A DNA stretch of 64,000 nucleotides from an uncultured Oscillospiraceae bacterium. GTDB lineage: Bacteria; Bacillota; Clostridia; Oscillospirales; Ruminococcaceae. The notes beneath the pieces were generated by a model. That model was not told the DNA's origin. It ran no database searches and saw only the letters and a list, made by a program, of their open reading frames with translations. Shown here in pieces: positions 56,188 to 64,000 of the stretch. Numbering within the stretch: position 1 is the first letter of the stretch; each line of letters begins with the position of its first letter. Where the stretch lies: the NCBI GenBank assembly GCA_964369345.1, contig CAYJFF010000001.1:33-64032 (forward strand), written 5' to 3'. The position numbers and the translations under genes are program-made.

Positions 56188-57633
56188 TCAGTTATAGTTT
56201 AGAAATTCTTCCACCAATACCTTTTCATCAAAGTATATAGTTTCATCATGTAGCACTTGGTAGTCTTCGTGCCCCTTGCCTGCTAGTAGCAATAGGTCGC
56301 CCTCTTTTAGGTTGTCTATCGCCCACAGGATAGCTGCGTACCTGTCTGGGATTATTTTATACTTGACTTTTTCTCTATCAAGCCCAGGTTTGCAGTCATT
56401 AATTATCTGCATCATATCCTCGCCACGTGGGTTATCAGATGTCAGCACAACAAAATCAGAGTGCTTTGCTGCAGCCTCTCCCATATCAGGTCTTTTACTT
56501 CTATCACGGTTGCCTGCACAGCCAAACAGTGTAATCAGCCTACCCTCTGCTAGCTCTTTTAGTGCTGCTGTTATCTTCTCTAGTGCATCTGGTGTGTGTG
56601 CATAGTCACGTATTATCGTGTAGCCCCTATCCCCTGTTGGGATAATCTCCGCCCTGCCTGTAACACCGTGGCAGTCCGCTAGTGCCAGTGCTGTTTCGGC
56701 GCTATCATATCCCAGAACAAGCATTGTCACCATCGACTGTATGCCGTTCATCACTGAGAATTTACCAGGCATAGCCAGTGTTACTCTCTCTATAAAGCCA
56801 TTGCCCACTAGTACAAATTTACTACCAGATTGCCTGTATTTGATGTTCTTAGCAGTATAGTCTGCATCGTTTCTATCCAGCGAGCAAGTAATCGCACCCT
56901 CGCCAAAACGCTGTGCTATTACCTCGCCATAGCTGTCATCTATATTCGTGATAATATGCTTACACATACCCACCATTTTTGCCTTTGCCTCAAAATATTC
57001 TTCCATAGTCTTGTGATAGTCTAGGTGGTCGTGTGTTAGGTTTGTGAATACGCCTATCTCAAATTCCAGACCGTCCAGCCTGTGCTGATCCAGCGCGTGT
57101 GACGATGTTTCCATTACCACATACTCGCACCCTGCCTCCACCATTCTTGCAAACATTGCGTGTAGCTGTATTGGGTCCGGTGTGGTGTACTTGGCAGGTA
57201 GGCACAGGTCGCCTATCTCGTTTTGTATAGTGCCCATAAGGCCTGCTTTTCTGCCCAGTTTCTCCAGCATATTCTTTATAAGGCACGTAATAGTAGTTTT
57301 GCCATTTGTCCCTGTTACACCTATCAGTTTCAGCCTTTTTGCTGGGTTGCCAAAGTGGTTTGCACATATAATAGCATATGCATTTCTTGTATTCTCTACT
57401 ATTATTTGGTTAGCCAGCCCCATATCATGGTCTGTTACCACTGCCACAGCTTTTTTATCCAGCATTTGCTCTGCCACACTGTGCCCGTCAAACTTCTCAC
57501 CTTTTATGCATATAAAAACATAGCCTTTTCTCACCTGTCTGCTATCCGATGTTATGCCAAGAACTTCTACATCCCCGATATCATTTATATTTGTTTTGTA
57601 AACAAGCCCTGCCAAATAATCATTTAGTTTCAT
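56188..57633 (-). CDS. murE: UDP-MurNAc-L-Ala-D-Glu--2,6-diaminopimelate ligase
   Basis: Contains the P-loop GVTGTNGKTT and a DNPR motif (LTSDNPRGED). Confidence 0.88.
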   Translation of the reverse strand: MKLNDYLAGLVYKTNINDIGDVEVLGITSDSRQVRKGYVFICIKGEKFDGHSVAEQMLDKKAVAVVTDHDMGLANQIIVENTRNAYAIICANHFGNPAKRLKLIGVTGTNGKTTITCLIKNMLEKLGRKAGLMGTIQNEIGDLCLPAKYTTPDPIQLHAMFARMVEAGCEYVVMETSSHALDQHRLDGLEFEIGVFTNLTHDHLDYHKTMEEYFEAKAKMVGMCKHIITNIDDSYGEVIAQRFGEGAITCSLDRNDADYTAKNIKYRQSGSKFVLVGNGFIERVTLAMPGKFSVMNGIQSMVTMLVLGYDSAETALALADCHGVTGRAEIIPTGDRGYTIIRDYAHTPDALEKITAALKELAEGRLITLFGCAGNRDRSKRPDMGEAAAKHSDFVVLTSDNPRGEDMMQIINDCKPGLDREKVKYKIIPDRYAAILWAIDNLKEGDLLLLAGKGHEDYQVLHDETIYFDEKVLVEEFLNYN

Positions 57634-57681
57634 AAAGCCACCCTCAATCATCAGAATATAATATCAAAGATAACGCGTTTG

Positions 57682-60006
57682 TTATTCGTCGTTTTCCACA
57701 GCTGTCGGCACGAATTTCACCGTGACTACAGTGCCACGCTGCACCATTGTACCTGCTGCTATATCCTGTGTTACTGCTATTGCATATTCATTATCCTCGT
57801 CAACTCCGTCAACACGTATATTCAGCCCAGAGTTTATCAGCAATTTGTTTACACTCATCGCTGTTTCTCCACGCAAGTCAGGCACTGCTACCATATCTTC
57901 TTCATACTCTTCCTCTGTATAGAAGATAACCGTGCTCCCCCTCGGTACTTCTGTGCCAGGTGCTGGTGACTGCTCGATAACAGCAGAGCCATATCCCACT
58001 ATCTTACCAGAAAGATATCTCTGCGCTACCATGCTCACAGCCTCATGTGGCTCATAGCCGATATAGTCAGGCATTTTTATGTCTGCTAGGTCTTCTTCAT
58101 CCTCTGTAAACTCTTTTTCTAGCCCTAGATACTGCAAGGTTTCATCAAATATAGCACCTACTATCGGCGCTGCGATTGTCGAGCCATATGCGTTTGTTAT
58201 AGATGGCTCATCCAGTAGCACAAGACAAGCATATTGTGGGTCATCCATTGGTGATACTCCCACAAATGATAGTATGTATTCCTGTTCACCAGTTTGGTCT
58301 AGCTGGTCAATTTTTTGTGAAGTACCGGTCTTGCCACCTATGCTATAGCCTGGTATATTAGCAAGCGCACCAGAACCATCTGTTACAACTGTTTCCAGTA
58401 TCTCGTTTATTTGGTCGGATGTTTCCTCGGATATTACTTGGCGCTGTAGCGTTGGCTCATATTGCTCCACTATATTTCCTTGGCTATCTATAACTTGGCT
58501 TATTATGCTAGGCTCATATAGATACCCACCATTACACGCAGCAGCAACAGCCGTTATCATCTGTATTGGTGTTACTTTAAACGTCTGCCCAAACGACATA
58601 CTTGTTAGGGAGTTCTCATAGTCCAGCGGATTAGCCAGTGCTTCTTCGCTGTGGTAAATGCTACTTGCCTCTCCTGGTAGGTCTATGCCTGTTGGGTCTG
58701 TCAGCCCAAATCCCTCGAAGAAATCATAGAAATTATACGCACCCAGTGCCTGACCTATCATCATATATGCAGGGTTGCAAGAGTTCCTTGTAGCCTCTGC
58801 TAAGTCTTGGTGACCGTGACCCACTGTTTTCCAGCAGTTTTTGCGTACACCACCAACAATATGGTAGCCTGGGCACTCAAAGGTGCTTTCTGGTGTTACT
58901 ACACCTGTTTCTAGCCCTGCTGCCAGTGTTATTATTTTAAATACCGAGCCTGGCTCGTATGGCTCGCTGATAGCTTTGTTATTCCACTGGTTATACCACG
59001 CTTGTTCCCTTGCCTCGGTATAACCTTCTTCGCCTGCTAGTTCATCTACCACCGCACGTGCTATGTCATCGGATATATAGCTTGGTGTGTTGGGGTCAAA
59101 GTCCGGCATTGTAACCATCGCCAGTATTTCACCAGTGGTTATGTCCATATAAATTGCAGATGCGCGGTTTTTTACTCCATGTTCCACCACAGCTGTACGC
59201 AGGTGTTTTTCTACTATTTGCTGTATAGTTGCATCTATCGTTGTTATTACTGTGTAGCCGTCCTGTGGCTGGTACTCATCCTGATATCTCAGTGGCATAT
59301 CAGCACCTCTTGCATTTTGCGCCTGAACTATCATACCTGGAGTACCACTAAGTATTGTATTATAGTATGACTCCATACCATATGCGCCATTATTATCAAA
59401 ATCTACAAACCCCAAAATACTAGATGCAAGAGAGCCGTATGGATACACACGCTCACTACTTTCTTCTAGGCTTATAGCGTCTATATCGTTTTCACTAGCA
59501 AACGCAAGCACCTTGTCTGTAGTTTCTTTGTCCACATCTCTTTTTACCACATAGTAGTGATTTTTCTCATTTTGCGCTGCATCCCATATATTTTGTGGGT
59601 CTACGTCCAGTATCTCGCTAAGTCCCTGTGCTACAATATTAATATCATTCGCATTATCTATTGCATCTTGTTTTGCTTGCTCCTCGTCTTCCTTATCAAC
59701 CGTATTAAGGTCATATGGTGATAGTAAGACATTCCATACTGGCTGGGACACAGCAAGCATATTACCGTTTCTATCCAGTATGCTCCCACGGCTTGCGGTT
59801 ATCTGTGTGGAGTATAGCTGTTGTCCTAGTGCTTGTTTTTGATATTCATCACCTTTTACAAACTGGATATTGTATAGCTGTACTATGACAATCCCAAAAG
59901 CTATAAACGTAAGTATAACTGCACAAACAGTCAACCTTTGCTTTGTCGTTAATATGGTAGTTTTTTTATTTTTTTGCTTTGCTTTTTTATTTGATATTAG
60001 CCCCAA
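57682..60006 (-). CDS. Class B penicillin-binding protein with two C-terminal PASTA domains (FtsI/PBP2B/SpoVD-like)
   Basis: SxxK appears as GSVFK, SxN as NSCN and KTGT as GGKTGTS, followed by two PASTA repeats. The frame has no in-frame ATG near the N-terminus. I prefer TTG 60006, which has a GGAGGTG RBS 7 nt upstream, over the listed TTG 60087. Confidence 0.85.
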   Translation of the reverse strand: MGLISNKKAKQKNKKTTILTTKQRLTVCAVILTFIAFGIVIVQLYNIQFVKGDEYQKQALGQQLYSTQITASRGSILDRNGNMLAVSQPVWNVLLSPYDLNTVDKEDEEQAKQDAIDNANDINIVAQGLSEILDVDPQNIWDAAQNEKNHYYVVKRDVDKETTDKVLAFASENDIDAISLEESSERVYPYGSLASSILGFVDFDNNGAYGMESYYNTILSGTPGMIVQAQNARGADMPLRYQDEYQPQDGYTVITTIDATIQQIVEKHLRTAVVEHGVKNRASAIYMDITTGEILAMVTMPDFDPNTPSYISDDIARAVVDELAGEEGYTEAREQAWYNQWNNKAISEPYEPGSVFKIITLAAGLETGVVTPESTFECPGYHIVGGVRKNCWKTVGHGHQDLAEATRNSCNPAYMMIGQALGAYNFYDFFEGFGLTDPTGIDLPGEASSIYHSEEALANPLDYENSLTSMSFGQTFKVTPIQMITAVAAACNGGYLYEPSIISQVIDSQGNIVEQYEPTLQRQVISEETSDQINEILETVVTDGSGALANIPGYSIGGKTGTSQKIDQLDQTGEQEYILSFVGVSPMDDPQYACLVLLDEPSITNAYGSTIAAPIVGAIFDETLQYLGLEKEFTEDEEDLADIKMPDYIGYEPHEAVSMVAQRYLSGKIVGYGSAVIEQSPAPGTEVPRGSTVIFYTEEEYEEDMVAVPDLRGETAMSVNKLLINSGLNIRVDGVDEDNEYAIAVTQDIAAGTMVQRGTVVTVKFVPTAVENDE

Positions 60007-60088
60007 ACCAGCACCTCCACGAGTAACATTTGCTACGAAAACAATTTTTTGACATTTTTCTACAAGCCATATAAAACTTTTCAACAAA

Positions 60089-60122
60089 ACCTATCTGCTA
60101 TACTATTATACGGCAGATAGGT
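60089..60122 (-). other. 10-bp perfect stem-loop between ftsL and the PBP gene
   Basis: acctatctgc (60089-60098) pairs with gcagataggt (60113-60122) around a 14-nt loop. On the - strand RNA it is followed by UUUUGUUG. Confidence 0.6.
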
Positions 60123-60156
60123 CTATTTTTTTATACTTCTCTTTACTAATAATATT

Positions 60157-60651
60157 TTAGCTTTCTTTCATATATTCCAATAATTTTTCAAAAGTCGACA
60201 CAACTCTTTGTACCATTGACTCTGTTTGTGCTATCTCAGTAACCTCTATAGAGTCTGCATCGTTTAGATTTATATACTCTATTTGATAACTCTCAGCCTC
60301 TCCCAGTAGCAGCTCGCCCTGTAGCTCCTCTGTTGCGGTTAGTATGGACATATTTCTTTCGTACTCTGCACTTTTTAGCGCCGCACTCTCTTGTAGTGTC
60401 TCTAGATGATTTGTCTGTGTAGCTATACTATCACCTAGCTCTACCACTGCCACATTGTGTACTAGCGACAGCACTATAAGCATAATTACCATACCAAAGC
60501 AAAGCACTAACTTAATCTTGTCCGATATTCTCAGTGCTTCTTGCTTTGTAACGACTACTTCTGGCTTTTGTACCACTTCTTGACTTTTATTATCGCGATA
60601 GCGCTCATACGCTTCGTTTGCTTCTATAAATTGTTGTGCTGCATTTTGCAT
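60157..60651 (-). CDS. ftsL: FtsL-like bitopic cell division protein
   Basis: A single TM segment followed by a coiled coil, in the conserved position between rsmH and the PBP gene. No sequence motif beyond this topology. Confidence 0.6.
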   Translation of the reverse strand: MQNAAQQFIEANEAYERYRDNKSQEVVQKPEVVVTKQEALRISDKIKLVLCFGMVIMLIVLSLVHNVAVVELGDSIATQTNHLETLQESAALKSAEYERNMSILTATEELQGELLLGEAESYQIEYINLNDADSIEVTEIAQTESMVQRVVSTFEKLLEYMKES

Positions 60652-60684
60652 TTGTACTTCCTCCTCGTAACACTGCCTACCCTA

Positions 60685-61611
60685 CTACAATTTTTCTATA
60701 ACTCTCAGCTTTGCCGAGCGACTGCGTGGGTTCTCATCTTTTTCTTCCTTTGTTGCCTCTATAGGTTTTCTATTCACTAGGCGCCCACGTGGTGTTTTGC
60801 CACACACACATATTGGGAACTCTGGCGGACAGGTACAGCCTGTGCACAGCGCTGCAAATTTCTGTTTCACCATTCTATCCTCCAGTGAATGGAATGTTAT
60901 AATAGCAAACCTACCACCCACAGCCAGTTTATCAAACGCTGTATCAAGGCAGATAGACAAATTATCCAGCTCACTATTAACAGCAATTCTTATAGCCTGA
61001 AACGTCCTTTTTGCTGGGTGCCCACCCTCACGCTTTGCTTTTGGTGGGATAGCACGCTCTATAGCTGCTACTAGCTCCCCAGTGGTGGCAATAGCTTTGT
61101 CCTCACGCGCATATGCAATCTTCTTTGCAATAGCAAGCGCAAACTTCTCCTCGCCAAACTCTCTTATAATACGTGCAAGCGAGCTTACATCGTAGTTATT
61201 TACAATATCATATGCCGATATGCCACTCTGGCTCATACGCATATCCAGTGGTGCGTCTTTCATGTAAGAAAAACCTCTATCTGCTGTATCTAGCTGGTGG
61301 GAAGAAACCCCCAAGTCCAGCAGTATTCCGTCTACACCATCTATGTTTTTTTCCACCATTACATCTGCAAGCTGTGCAAAGTCACTCTTTACAACCTCTG
61401 CCTGTGGTAGTGATTTTAGTTTTTCAGTAGCTGCTATTATGGCATCTGGGTCTTTATCGAGTGCGAACAGCTTACCAGTAGTCAGCCTGCTTGCTATCAA
61501 AAAAGAATGTCCGCCACCACCAGCAGTGCCATCTACATATATGCCATCAGGTTTTATATTCAGCCCCGTCATACATTCTTCTGCTAGTACCGATATATGC
61601 TCAAAAGCCAT
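60685..61611 (-). CDS. rsmH: 16S rRNA (cytosine1402-N4)-methyltransferase
   Basis: H.SVL..E, DGT.GGGGHS, D.GVSS.QLD and FHSLEDR motifs are present. Confidence 0.92.
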   Translation of the reverse strand: MAFEHISVLAEECMTGLNIKPDGIYVDGTAGGGGHSFLIASRLTTGKLFALDKDPDAIIAATEKLKSLPQAEVVKSDFAQLADVMVEKNIDGVDGILLDLGVSSHQLDTADRGFSYMKDAPLDMRMSQSGISAYDIVNNYDVSSLARIIREFGEEKFALAIAKKIAYAREDKAIATTGELVAAIERAIPPKAKREGGHPAKRTFQAIRIAVNSELDNLSICLDTAFDKLAVGGRFAIITFHSLEDRMVKQKFAALCTGCTCPPEFPICVCGKTPRGRLVNRKPIEATKEEKDENPRSRSAKLRVIEKL

Positions 61612-61635
61612 AAATACACCCCCATTTACTCACAC

Positions 61636-62067
61636 TCAGAACATCCCCATGTCATCAAGCTCTCTTAGCTCGTCCGCTATAGATTTTAGTGTTATACCAT
61701 CCATCATGTTGTGCCATTTTTCTCTGTCCCAAATCTCTATTTTATTAAAAGCTGCTGTTACCATAACATCTTTTATAATATCAGCACTTTTCCTAAGGCT
61801 TGCAGAGATAAGTATCCTCCCTGCTTTGTCCATCGAGACTTCTTCTGCATATGCAGAAACAAATCTGCGTAGTTTCTTCATTCTCTCCTCTGGGGCACGT
61901 GCTATTTTTTCTGCAAACACTTTCCAGTCATCCATAGAGTAGATAATAATTTGTCTGTCAAAACCTGGTAGCATGATAAAACTGCTCCCTGTATAGTCAC
62001 GGAACTTTACCGGCACGCTCATTCTTCCTTTATCATCGATAGTCGCTTCTGCTCTTCCGGTAAGCAT
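61636..62067 (-). CDS. mraZ: Transcriptional regulator MraZ
   Basis: Two SpoVT/AbrB-like repeats each carry a DxxGR motif (DDKGRMSVP and DKAGRILIS). ATG 62067 has an AGGAGGTGA RBS. Confidence 0.9.
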   Translation of the reverse strand: MLTGRAEATIDDKGRMSVPVKFRDYTGSSFIMLPGFDRQIIIYSMDDWKVFAEKIARAPEERMKKLRRFVSAYAEEVSMDKAGRILISASLRKSADIIKDVMVTAAFNKIEIWDREKWHNMMDGITLKSIADELRELDDMGMF

Positions 62068-62082
62068 TTCCGTCACCTCCTA

Positions 62083-62117
62083 TCCCACATTATAACAAAC
62101 TTTCCCATTCGCTCCCA
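62083..62117 (-). promoter_or_regulatory. Phased TGGGA direct repeats (candidate MraZ operator) in the mraZ leader
   Basis: On the - strand TGGGA occurs at 62117-62113, 62107-62103 and 62087-62083, at offsets 0, 10 and 30 bp. The offset-20 slot reads TGTTA. Confidence 0.55.
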
Positions 62118-62129
62118 CAACATACCTAG

Positions 62130-62158
62130 ATTATAATATATTTTGATACTAAATGCAA
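62130..62158 (-). promoter_or_regulatory. Sigma-A promoter of the dcw/mra operon
   Basis: On the - strand: TTGCAT, 17-nt spacer, TATAAT. Confidence 0.6.
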
Positions 62159-62525
62159 CCCCCAAAAATGTTAACAAAGGATAATTCAAACAACATTTTT
62201 CGACATTTTTTACACCCAAAATCTGCTCTACCACAAACTTCCCCAAAACCACAATAAATTCAGTGGTTACTTTGTATAATATGTATATCAATGTGCTTTG
62301 TGCAAAAAATATTCTTTGTGTGGTCACATTTCTTTAACATCACATTAACTTTTGTTTGAGTATAGTATTCACTAGCTACTTGGATATACTTGCAAGCTAT
62401 GGATTTTTATGCTATATTGAAAGCAAGATAGTAATATATTTCCCCATTTTGCCAATTTAACATAGTTACCACAGCAAACTACCACAAACAAATGCCATGA
62501 AAACCGGCGGAACGGATTGTAACCA

Positions 62526-63704
62526 ATGAACAAACTTAAAATACTAATCTGCAAAGATATGCTGATAAAATATGCTGTGGTTGTCCTAACAATTATTTTT
62601 ATAGTTGTTGGCAATGCCACTATAGGGTATGAATTTAACGAAACTACGCAGGACTTTGCCTTTGCTACTATACTGCAAGTTGGCGAGCCTATTATGGAGG
62701 AACTTAGCTCATCCGATGGTACTGTAACAGTGCTTAATAAACAAATCCCTTTTAGAGCACAGGTTTCTAGTGGTTGGGCAGACGGAACCATTGTAGAGGG
62801 TTTCCAGATGATAGACATGGTTTTTACCGTACAGCAAGATGAAATAGAAGTAGGTAGCGCGGTTATTCTCAACTACTACATCGATACAGAAACCGAGGCT
62901 GGCACGTGGCAGTTTGCAGACCACAACCGCATAACGCCCACGCTTATGCTAGTGACTGCATTTTTGCTCATTATACTAATTATCGGTAAATGGAAAGGTG
63001 TAAGCACTGTGCTTTCACTCGGCTTTACTTGCGCGATAATAATACTGGTATACATCCCTGCAATCCTCTCCAGCGTCAATATATACCTGCTCACCATTGT
63101 TGTGTGTGTTGCAATCATTTTTATGAGCTTGATACTGATAAACGGCGTAAACCCCAAGACAATTTCTGCAATAGTGGGGAATATCGGTGGCGTGCTTGTA
63201 GCAGGTGTGCTTGCAACCATAATGTCCGTGCTACTTTCGCTCACTGGCATAGCAGAGTCCGACTATATCATGCTAACTTACCTAGAGACCCCGCTAGACC
63301 TAAAAGCTCTTGTATGGAGTGGTGTTGTTATCGGCTCTCTGGGTGCTGTAATGGACGTTGCAATGACTATTTCCTCTGCAATGAACGAGGTATATGAGGA
63401 GATGCAGGAAAAGAAAATGTCACAGCTCATACGCTCTGGAATGACAGTGGGAACAGATGCTATAGGCACCATGACAAACACGCTAATACTCGCATATATA
63501 GGTAGCTCTTTGGCTGTTGTTTTGTTACAGGTAAACTACCAGACAAACCTTATTATGCTGTTTAACCTAGAGATGATTGCAACCGAGATTATGCAGGCAG
63601 TTGTTGGTAGTATCGGTATTCTCTTTGCTGTGCCAATAACTGTTATTTCAACTGCATATATACTTCATATAACAAATAAATCAAGGAGAAAAATCCATGA
63701 ATAG
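62526..63704 (+). CDS. YibE/F-family polytopic membrane protein
   Basis: An N-terminal TM segment and extracytoplasmic domain are followed by about 7 TM segments, an organisation I remember for the YibE/F family. The RBS is weak, so the start is uncertain. Confidence 0.55.
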   Translation: MNKLKILICKDMLIKYAVVVLTIIFIVVGNATIGYEFNETTQDFAFATILQVGEPIMEELSSSDGTVTVLNKQIPFRAQVSSGWADGTIVEGFQMIDMVFTVQQDEIEVGSAVILNYYIDTETEAGTWQFADHNRITPTLMLVTAFLLIILIIGKWKGVSTVLSLGFTCAIIILVYIPAILSSVNIYLLTIVVCVAIIFMSLILINGVNPKTISAIVGNIGGVLVAGVLATIMSVLLSLTGIAESDYIMLTYLETPLDLKALVWSGVVIGSLGAVMDVAMTISSAMNEVYEEMQEKKMSQLIRSGMTVGTDAIGTMTNTLILAYIGSSLAVVLLQVNYQTNLIMLFNLEMIATEIMQAVVGSIGILFAVPITVISTAYILHITNKSRRKIHE

Positions 63705-64000
63705 TACAGAAAGAAAAAGAGCTGCACAAGTACGCAGAAACCGTGGTGTTCTGTTTTTGCTTGCATGTAGCCTAGTGCTTGCTATTACAGCAATAACAAC
63801 AAATTCTACTGGTGACGGTTCCTCACAAAGCAGTAGCTCTGTACCTAGCAGCAGTTCTGTGCCTAGTAGCAGTTCTGTGCCTAGTAGCAGTTCTGTGCCT
63901 AGTAGCAGCTCTGTGCCTAGTAGCAGCTCTGTGCCTAGTAGCAGTTCCGTGGAAAGCAGTAGCTCTGTGCCTAGTAGTAGTTCTGTGGAAAGTAGCAGCT
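63697..64000 (+). CDS. Membrane-anchored or secreted Ser-rich repeat protein, partial (runs off the window)
   Basis: ATG 63697 has an AAGGAGAA RBS and overlaps the YibE/F stop by 8 nt. The basic N-terminus and TM segment (MNSTERKRAAQVRRNRGVLFLLACSLVLAITAI) are followed by (SSSSVP)n. The ORF is absent from the supplied track because it has no stop within the window. Confidence 0.7.
   Translation, partial: MNSTERKRAAQVRRNRGVLFLLACSLVLAITAITTNSTGDGSSQSSSSVPSSSSVPSSSSVPSSSSVPSSSSVPSSSSVPSSSSVESSSSVPSSSSVESSS
63829..64000 (+). repeat. 18-bp in-frame tandem repeat, at least 9.5 copies, encoding SSSSVP or SSSSVE
   Basis: The unit agtagcagttctgtgcct repeats head to tail with a few synonymous or Pro-to-Glu variants. 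The array is truncated by the window edge. Confidence 0.9.

Noticed and set aside
62073-62872. ORFs 62073-62327 (-) and 62372-62872 (-) upstream of mraZ.
   Set aside because: The first covers the mra promoter and TGGGA boxes and would start without an RBS. The second lies antisense to the 5' part of the YibE/F gene. I recognised no motifs in either.
63829-64000. Regular short repeats that might suggest a CRISPR array. The same question applies to 39469-39498 and 40956-40999.
   Set aside because: The repeats are contiguous with no spacers and only 10-18 bp long. The 63.8-kb array is in frame within a coding sequence. No cas genes are present.
1-64000. I searched for mobile elements, prophage remnants, toxin-antitoxin pairs and known defence systems.
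   Set aside because: I found no transposase, integrase or recombinase motifs, no terminal inverted repeats flanking an island, no tRNA attachment site and no defence-gene motifs. The only accessory-looking block (39.6-44.8 kb) has no mobility signatures.

Overview
This is a 64-kb chromosomal segment from a low-GC, endospore-forming Bacillota genome that looks Clostridia-like. All functional calls come from reading the supplied translations and DNA by eye; no searches were run. I recognised no rRNA or tRNA genes, CRISPR arrays, transposases, integrases or phage genes.

Layout:
(i) 1-13.5 kb, mostly + strand: M24 and M42 peptidases, a DMT transporter, a convergent heterodimeric ABC exporter, AEC permease-hprK-GNAT, a PfkB kinase, rpmE, der and an orphan MCP.
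(ii) 13.5-39.3 kb, - strand: a CASTOR/POLLUX-like channel; oppABCDF run on into a small membrane protein and a YhaM-type cysteine desulfidase; an XRE/DUF2975 pair; hisZGDCBHAFI; tyrS behind a tyrosine T-box; divIC-yabQ-yabP-yabO(S4)-hup-mazG-spoVB/yabM-like flippase; and an M23 peptidase plus minimal site-2 protease pair.
(iii) 39.6-44.8 kb, + strand, the only accessory-looking stretch: a small membrane protein, an orphan atypical OmpR-type response regulator, four 11-bp phased direct repeats, a GT2-GtrA-HD fusion protein, a TVP38/DedA-superfamily protein and a MATE exporter.
(iv) 44.9-62.1 kb, - strand: LacI regulator plus AEC permease, a lipoprotein, and the dcw cluster mraZ-rsmH-ftsL-pbp-murE-murF-mraY-ftsW-murG-murA-ftsQ-ftsZ.
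(v) A YibE/F membrane protein and a Ser-rich tandem-repeat protein that runs off the right edge.

The best candidate for an undescribed system is the kinase-less response regulator / phased-repeat operator / GT2-GtrA-HD / TVP38 module at 39.6-43.3 kb. It remains a hypothesis. Other sequence-level signals are phased TGGGA (MraZ-type) boxes downstream of a consensus mra promoter, a Tyr T-box with a UAC specifier, an asymmetric ABC exporter with one degenerate ATP site, and several promoter-associated repeats and palindromes.
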